DNA of 64,000 nucleotides from a bacterium (GTDB lineage Bacteria; Chlamydiota; Chlamydiia; Chlamydiales; SM23-39): NCBI GenBank assembly GCA_021780355.1, contig JAJXYX010000097.1, positions 1,594 to 65,593 of the forward strand, read 5' to 3'. Shown piece by piece: positions 59,214 to 64,000 of this stretch (position 1 is its first letter; each line of letters starts with the position of its first letter). The notes under the pieces were generated by a model. It saw only the letters and a program-made list of their open reading frames with translations, ran no database searches and was not told where the DNA came from. The position numbers and the translations under genes were made by a program.

Positions 59214-60572
59214 ATGTTTGGCGCTTTGACGGATAAGCTGCAAAGTTTGTTTTCGAGTCTAACGGGAAAGAAAACTCTTACGGAAGAGAACATTTCTGAT
59301 GCCGTAAGGCAAGTGAGGTTAGCTCTTCTGGATGCGGATGTCAATTATTCCGTTGTCAGCGATTTCGTCAAACGGGTGAAGGAAAAGTCGATTGGAGACG
59401 CCGTATTGAAGTCGGTTTCCCCGGGCGATCAGTTCACCAAGCTAGTGCATGATGAGCTTATTGAGCTGATGGGATCCGTCGAGTCGCCGCTAGATTTGCA
59501 GGCTAGATTGTCTGTAGTCATGGTTTGCGGCCTTCAAGGATCGGGGAAAACGACAAGTTGCGCGAAATTAGCGGCTTATATTGGGAAAACGGAAAAAAAT
59601 AAGCGCGTTTTGCTGGCGGCTTGCGATCTGCAAAGACCGGCTGCGGTGGAGCAGCTCAAGAAATTAGGGGCGGATTTAGCCGTTCCTGTTTTTACATTGG
59701 ATGGAGAGGCGAGCCCTGTCAAGGTAGCTAAAAAGGCTTATGAGAAGGCCGAGGCGGAAGGGTTTGATGTACTGATTGTCGATACCGCCGGCCGGCTCCA
59801 TTTGGATGAGGAGTTGATGAAAGAGCTCGAGCTTTTAAAAAGCCAGCTTTCTCCTCGAGAGGTATTATTTGTCGCTAATGCGACGACGGGTCAAGACGCT
59901 GTGCGCACGGCGGCGGAATTTGACAAAAGAGTCCAGATTACTGGAACGATTTTAACGATGCTGGATGGCAATGCTAGGGCCGGCGCCGCGATTTCGATTC
60001 GCGAGGTGACTAAAAAACCGTTAAAATTCGAAGGGATTGGTGAAAAGATCGGCGATTTGCAGATTTTTAATCCCCGTTCGATGGCCGATCGGATTTTGGG
60101 GATGGGAGATATCATCAACCTTGTCAAAAAGGCCCAAGAAAATTTTGATGAGGCCCAGAGCGCTGAGTTAGAAAAAAAGATGTTAAAAGCTACCTTCACT
60201 TACGAAGATTATCTTCGTCAGATGGGGATGGTGAAAAAAATGGGATCCTTTAAAAGTTTATTAAAGATGATGCCCGGTTTTTCATCGATGGAAGGTTTTG
60301 AGTTTTCCGATAAGGAATTTACCAAGCTGGAAGCGATGATCCTCTCTATGACTGTAGCTGAGCGGCAAGAAAGGGAAGAGCTTTCCTTTAGCCGGCGCAA
60401 GCGGATTGCTGGCGGAAGCGGAGTTCATGTAGATGAGGTAAATAGAATGGTCAAAGGCTTTAAACGAGTGAAACAGCTCTTTAAATCGATGCCGAATATG
60501 AAAGCTCAAGCCTCCAAAATGGGGTTGGGCGATATCAAAAAGCAAATAGAAGGTTTTAAAAAATGGCGTTAG
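59214..60572 (+). CDS. ffh: Signal recognition particle protein Ffh
   Basis: 452 aa. The NG domain has GLQGSGKTTSCAKLA, DTAGR and the TMLDGNARAG region. The M domain is Met-rich. Confidence 0.95.
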   Translation: MFGALTDKLQSLFSSLTGKKTLTEENISDAVRQVRLALLDADVNYSVVSDFVKRVKEKSIGDAVLKSVSPGDQFTKLVHDELIELMGSVESPLDLQARLSVVMVCGLQGSGKTTSCAKLAAYIGKTEKNKRVLLAACDLQRPAAVEQLKKLGADLAVPVFTLDGEASPVKVAKKAYEKAEAEGFDVLIVDTAGRLHLDEELMKELELLKSQLSPREVLFVANATTGQDAVRTAAEFDKRVQITGTILTMLDGNARAGAAISIREVTKKPLKFEGIGEKIGDLQIFNPRSMADRILGMGDIINLVKKAQENFDEAQSAELEKKMLKATFTYEDYLRQMGMVKKMGSFKSLLKMMPGFSSMEGFEFSDKEFTKLEAMILSMTVAERQEREELSFSRRKRIAGGSGVHVDEVNRMVKGFKRVKQLFKSMPNMKAQASKMGLGDIKKQIEGFKKWR

Positions 60573-60880
60573 TTATTCGAATGAGACAGCAAGGAGCCAA
60601 GAATCGGCAGACATTCCGTTTAGTGGTGACGGATATTCGCAATCCTCGAGATGGTAAGTATTTGGAGATGTTAGGTTGGTATGATCCTACCAAAGAAGAA
60701 GAGAAAAATCTCTCTATCGATGTGCCTCGTCTTCAGTTTTGGATTGACAATGGAGCAGTAGTCAGCGATCGAGTAAAATCTCTAGTGAAACGTCATGCTC
60801 CTGAAGTCGTTCAGCAGATGAGCGTGAGAAAAGTAGAGAAAATGGCGAAAGCAAGAGAAAAACGGAAAAAGAAGTCCTAA
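60563..60880 (+). CDS. rpsP: 30S ribosomal protein S16
   Basis: MALVIRMRQQGAKNRQTFRLVVTDIRNPRDGKYLEMLGWYDP, with a basic C-terminal tail. Confidence 0.95.
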   Translation: MALVIRMRQQGAKNRQTFRLVVTDIRNPRDGKYLEMLGWYDPTKEEEKNLSIDVPRLQFWIDNGAVVSDRVKSLVKRHAPEVVQQMSVRKVEKMAKAREKRKKKS

Positions 60881-60883
60881 CGG

Positions 60884-61570
60884 ATGGAAGTAGACATCCT
60901 TTCTCTTTTTCCAGCTTATTTTCGCGGGCCATTTGATGTGAGTATGATCCAAAGAGCGCGCGATGCTGGGCTTCTCGATATTCGGTTGATCGATATACGG
61001 GATTTTGCAGAAAATAAGCATCGTCGAGTTGATGACCGCCCCTTTGGAGGGGGTCCAGGAATGGTTCTATGTCCAGGTCCTGTGGCGAGCGCGATTCGAA
61101 GTGTAAGAAAGGGGAAGAAGTCCCGCACGATCTATCTTACGCCACAAGGCAAGCCTTTGACGGCAGAAAGATGTCAAGAGCTCGCTTTAGAAGAGCATTT
61201 GATCCTCCTTTGCGGCCATTATGAAGGGGTGGATGAGAGAGTGCTGGAAAATGAAATTGATGAAGAGATCAGCATTGGCGATTACGTATTGACGAACGGC
61301 TGTATAGCCGCGATTGTGCTTATCGATGCGGTGATGCGATTTATTCCTGGAGTGATCGGGCATCCTGATGCGGCCAAGGAAGACTCTTTTCAAAATGGAC
61401 TATTGGATGCGCCTCATTATACGAGGCCTGAAGTATTTGAAGGGAAATCAGTCCCTGAGGTGCTTTTGCAAGGAAATCATGCGGAAATCCGCAAATGGCG
61501 TTTAAGCCAAGCGTTAGAAAAAACAAATCGAGTCAGACCGGACTTAGCAGATAAGGTTTGTCTCATATAA
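60884..61570 (+). CDS. trmD: tRNA (guanine37-N1)-methyltransferase
   Basis: 228 aa. ILSLFPAYFRGPF, DDRPFGGGPGMVL, LLCGHYEGVDERV. Confidence 0.9.
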   Translation: MEVDILSLFPAYFRGPFDVSMIQRARDAGLLDIRLIDIRDFAENKHRRVDDRPFGGGPGMVLCPGPVASAIRSVRKGKKSRTIYLTPQGKPLTAERCQELALEEHLILLCGHYEGVDERVLENEIDEEISIGDYVLTNGCIAAIVLIDAVMRFIPGVIGHPDAAKEDSFQNGLLDAPHYTRPEVFEGKSVPEVLLQGNHAEIRKWRLSQALEKTNRVRPDLADKVCLI

Positions 61571-61590
61571 GTGATAGAAGGAGTACTCAA

Positions 61591-61959
61591 GTGAGTCGTT
61601 CACCATGCATCGTTGAAGTTGAATCCTCTTATTTAAAAAAGGATGTTCCCTCATTTAATATCGGCGACACTGTCTGTGTGCAAAAGCGCATTATCGAAGG
61701 GGAAAAAGAGCGTCTGCAAGCTTTTACAGGCGTTGTAGTTGCTAAAAAAGGTTGCGGCCTTTCCGAAACATTTACCGTCTACCGTACAGCTTATGGATCG
61801 AGCATGCAGCAAGTTTTCATGTTGCACAGTCCGCAAATCGCTGGCGTCGAAGTGAAGAAATATGGACAGGTTCGCAGAGCGAAGCTCTATTACCTCCAAG
61901 GTCTTTCCGGCAAAGCAACAAAGATTACTGAAAAGTATATGGCCCCTACTGCAAAGTAA
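61591..61959 (+). CDS. rplS: 50S ribosomal protein L19
   Basis: GTG 61591 with GAAGGAG RBS 7 nt upstream. KDVPSFNIGDTVCVQKRIIEGEKERLQAFTGVVVAKKG. The track start 61558 overlaps trmD and lacks an RBS. Confidence 0.9.
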   Translation: MSRSPCIVEVESSYLKKDVPSFNIGDTVCVQKRIIEGEKERLQAFTGVVVAKKGCGLSETFTVYRTAYGSSMQQVFMLHSPQIAGVEVKKYGQVRRAKLYYLQGLSGKATKITEKYMAPTAK

Positions 61960-61981
61960 GGCGAGCTTGAGATTCAGGGAG

Positions 61982-62024
61982 CTGTTTTAAAATTGAGATG
62001 ATCTCAGTTTTAAAACAGTTTTTT
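61982..62024 (+). terminator. Rho-independent terminator after rplS
   Basis: CTGTTTTAAAATTGAGA-TGA-TCTCAGTTTTAAAACAG (17-bp stem, one mismatch) followed by TTTTTT. Confidence 0.85.
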
Positions 62025-62125
62025 ATTCATCTTTTCTTTAGTGAGCTGCCGTTATTTCTCAATCAGAAGTCACTCGATTACAACACTTATCGCAATTTGA
62101 AGAGCGTCTGCGTGCGCAAGGTTAT

Positions 62126-62710
62126 TTGTGTATTGCCGGTGTAGACGAAGCTGGCCGAGGTCCTCTTGCAGGACCTGTGGTTGCAGCTGCTTGTATATTG
62201 CCGCCCTCTTTTTTGTTAGAAGACTTAAATGACAGCAAGCAGCTTAGCGCGGCAAAAAGAGAAGATCTCTATCAAGCTCTAACGAAAGATTCCGAGGTAG
62301 TCTACGGCATTGGTATTGTCGAGGCGGACGAGATTGATCGGATAAATATTTTGCAGGCTACCTTCTTGGCTATGCAGCAAGCTATTTCAGCTTTATCAGT
62401 CTCTCCTGATTATCTTTTGATCGATGGAAACCAACTCCCAAAATTATCTATTCCCGCCATAGCGTTGATCGAAGGGGATGCCCGTTCGATTTCCATAGCG
62501 GCAGCTTCTATTTTGGCCAAAGTGACGAGAGATCGGATCTTAGATCAATTTGATCAAGAGTTTCCTCTTTATGGTTTTAAAAAACATAAAGGATATGCCA
62601 CTCTAGAACATAGACAAGCTATCGAACGCCACGGTCCTTGCAGAATACACCGCAAGTCGTTTGAGCCGATCAAGAGTTTGTTAGAACCGACATTATTTGA
62701 TTTAAGGTAA
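62126..62710 (+). CDS. rnhB: Ribonuclease HII
   Basis: IAGVDEAGRGPLAGPVVAAA, DSKQLS, and the LIDGN region. The only canonical start in frame is TTG 62126 (AAGG 4 nt upstream). The frame is open from 62045, and the upstream in-frame residues look RNase HII-like but have no ATG/GTG/TTG. Confidence 0.85.
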   Translation: MCIAGVDEAGRGPLAGPVVAAACILPPSFLLEDLNDSKQLSAAKREDLYQALTKDSEVVYGIGIVEADEIDRINILQATFLAMQQAISALSVSPDYLLIDGNQLPKLSIPAIALIEGDARSISIAAASILAKVTRDRILDQFDQEFPLYGFKKHKGYATLEHRQAIERHGPCRIHRKSFEPIKSLLEPTLFDLR

Positions 62711-62712
62711 AT

Positions 62713-63588
62713 ATGATTGCCAGTATGACCGGATTTGGCCGGGCTTTATTAGATGCTTCTTTCGGTCGGATTGTAGTTGAGATCCAATCGGTCAATCGCA
62801 AGTATTTAGAGATGCTGATTTCGCTCCCGAAGGAATACAGCCGCTTTGAGCAGGATCTTCGCAAATGGATTGGTGAAAAAATTTCTCGAGGACAACTTTC
62901 AGTCCGCGTCTATGTTGCACGCAGCTTAAAAAATCCAAATGCTTCGCTGCCTTCCTTTGAGCAGCTTCGAGAATTGAAAGAAGGCTGGGATGATTTAGCC
63001 TGCCGTTTAGGCTATGATAAAATGGCTGTTGATCTCCCTTTTTTAACTCAGCAGCTCGCTGCTATGCCGCCAGCAGAATTGTCCAAAGATGAAGATATTG
63101 AACCTCTCAAGCGCTGCGCACTGGAAGCTTTAGGGTCTCTTCTTGCCATGAAGCGCACCGAAGGCAAGGCTCTTAGCCGAGATATAGAGCAAAGACTTCA
63201 GACCATGGAACATGCAGTTTTGCAAATCGAACAAACTGTTCCTGAAACGGTTCTTCGCATGAAAAAGAAATTGCAAGAGAGAATTGCAGAGGCGGCCCCT
63301 GCTCTTTTGGATAATGACGAGAGAATGCTGAGAGAAATTGCGCTTCTTGCAGAAAAAGTAGACATTTCTGAAGAGATTACCCGTTTTAGATCGCACGTCG
63401 TTCAATTCCACGAGCTTTTAAAAACGAAGGCAGCGGTCGGACGCAAGATGGACTTTTTAGTGCAAGAAATCGGGCGCGAGATCAATACGATGGGATCGAA
63501 ATCTTTAGAGGCGAAAATTGCCCGTCTCGTCGTCGACATGAAATCAGAATTAGAAAAAATCAGAGAGCAAATTCAAAATATTGAGTAG
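62713..63588 (+). CDS. yicC: YicC-family stress-induced protein (putative endoribonuclease)
   Basis: 291 aa. N-terminal MIASMTGFGRA and C-terminal DISEEITRFRSH...KMDFLVQEIGREINTMGSK, typical of YicC. Confidence 0.85.
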   Translation: MIASMTGFGRALLDASFGRIVVEIQSVNRKYLEMLISLPKEYSRFEQDLRKWIGEKISRGQLSVRVYVARSLKNPNASLPSFEQLRELKEGWDDLACRLGYDKMAVDLPFLTQQLAAMPPAELSKDEDIEPLKRCALEALGSLLAMKRTEGKALSRDIEQRLQTMEHAVLQIEQTVPETVLRMKKKLQERIAEAAPALLDNDERMLREIALLAEKVDISEEITRFRSHVVQFHELLKTKAAVGRKMDFLVQEIGREINTMGSKSLEAKIARLVVDMKSELEKIREQIQNIE

Positions 63589-63593
63589 CAGTC

Positions 63594-64000
63594 ATGAGCG
63601 CAAAAATTTTAGGCGGATTGAAAAAAGGGTTGATTTTTGTCATTAGCGCGCCCGCGGGAACAGGGAAAACGACGCTTGTGAGGATGCTGCAAAAAGAGTT
63701 TTCTTGTCTCGTCGAGAGTGTGTCTTATACTACCCGAAAACCTCGCCCTGGTGAACGGGAAGGCGTCGACTATTACTTTATCTCTGAAGCAGAGTTCGCC
63801 CAAAAACTTCAAGAGGGGGATTTCGTCGAGCATGCAAAAGTGTTTGATCACGACTATGGCACATCGAGATCTTTTGTTGAATCTCAGCTGCAAAACGGAA
63901 AACACGTTCTTTTAGTGATCGATACGCAAGGGGCTATTCAATTAAAAGATCACTATAATGCAATTTTTATCTTCATTAGCCCTCCTAGCATTTCTGAGTT
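63594..64000 (+). CDS. gmk: Guanylate kinase (5' part; runs off the window)
   Basis: Not in the track because there is no stop in the window. Hand translation from ATG 63594 gives MSAKILGGLKKGLIFVISAPAGTGKTTLVRML...SYTTRKPRPGEREGVDYYFIS...FVEHAKVFDHDYGTS, with the P-loop and guanylate kinase signature. Confidence 0.9.
   Translation, partial: MSAKILGGLKKGLIFVISAPAGTGKTTLVRMLQKEFSCLVESVSYTTRKPRPGEREGVDYYFISEAEFAQKLQEGDFVEHAKVFDHDYGTSRSFVESQLQNGKHVLLVIDTQGAIQLKDHYNAIFIFISPPSISE

Noticed and set aside
62045-62125. In-frame N-terminal extension of RNase HII (…LSQFEERLRAQGYL…)
   Set aside because: The residues look RNase HII-like and the frame is open from 62045. However, there is no ATG/GTG/TTG in frame upstream of TTG 62126 (only ATT 62054 and CTG 62108), and TTG 62126 has an AAGG RBS. 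I kept the canonical start. A non-canonical start or a sequencing error would need experimental or comparative data.
1-64000. Search for tRNA, rRNA, tmRNA or SRP RNA genes in the spacers
   Set aside because: I scanned the spacers by eye for T-loop (GTTCGAATC-like) and acceptor-stem patterns and for conserved ncRNA motifs, and found none. This is negative evidence by eye only; tRNAscan-SE/Infernal would be decisive.

Overview
This 64-kb window looks like chromosome from a member of the Chlamydiae outside the Chlamydiaceae, of the environmental or amoeba-associated type. I cannot name the species from sequence alone. Evidence for that placement: a class Ic ribonucleotide reductase (Phe at the radical-Tyr position of NrdB, three ATP-cones on NrdA); a ~900-aa FtsH next to tilS; gene orders rpmE-prfA-prmC-ffh-rpsP-trmD-rplS-rnhB-(yicC)-gmk, rpsO-pnp and nrdA-nrdB, which match what I recall of Chlamydia trachomatis; and several proteins with Inc-type bilobed hydrophobic domains. 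I call 55 protein-coding genes. Two are cut by the window edges and missing from the ORF track (a sulfotransferase at 1-820 and gmk at 63594-64000), and one is a 51-codon ORF below the track cutoff. I found no rRNA, tRNA, CRISPR array, transposase or prophage gene. About two thirds of the window is housekeeping. Accessory content is concentrated at 1-11.6 kb (sulfotransferase, glycosyltransferase-like protein, secreted sedolisin, methyltransferase, beta-propeller, two Inc-like proteins), 18.2-19.8 kb (secreted GH1), 24.5-27.7 kb (orphans), 34.8-36.6 kb (an LRR-NEL IpaH-type E3 ubiquitin ligase candidate) and 54.9-56.0 kb (tandem paralogs). The structure least explained by gene annotation is a dense set of 19 palindromic intergenic elements totalling about 2.3 kb by my coordinates. 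They fall into at least two families plus three singleton palindromes of 139-174 bp. Two are nested insertions, one is a chimeric copy, one is an expanded copy with a 2 x 120 bp internal duplication, and several supply the last codons or the stop codon of adjacent genes. Other notable items: a two-module Ddl-Ddl fusion, an archaeal-type AspRS fused to a YbaK-like editing domain, a near-consensus CIRCE operator in front of an hsp20 gene, and tandem NrdR boxes 32 bp apart upstream of nrdA. All family assignments were made by eye from motifs, with no database search.
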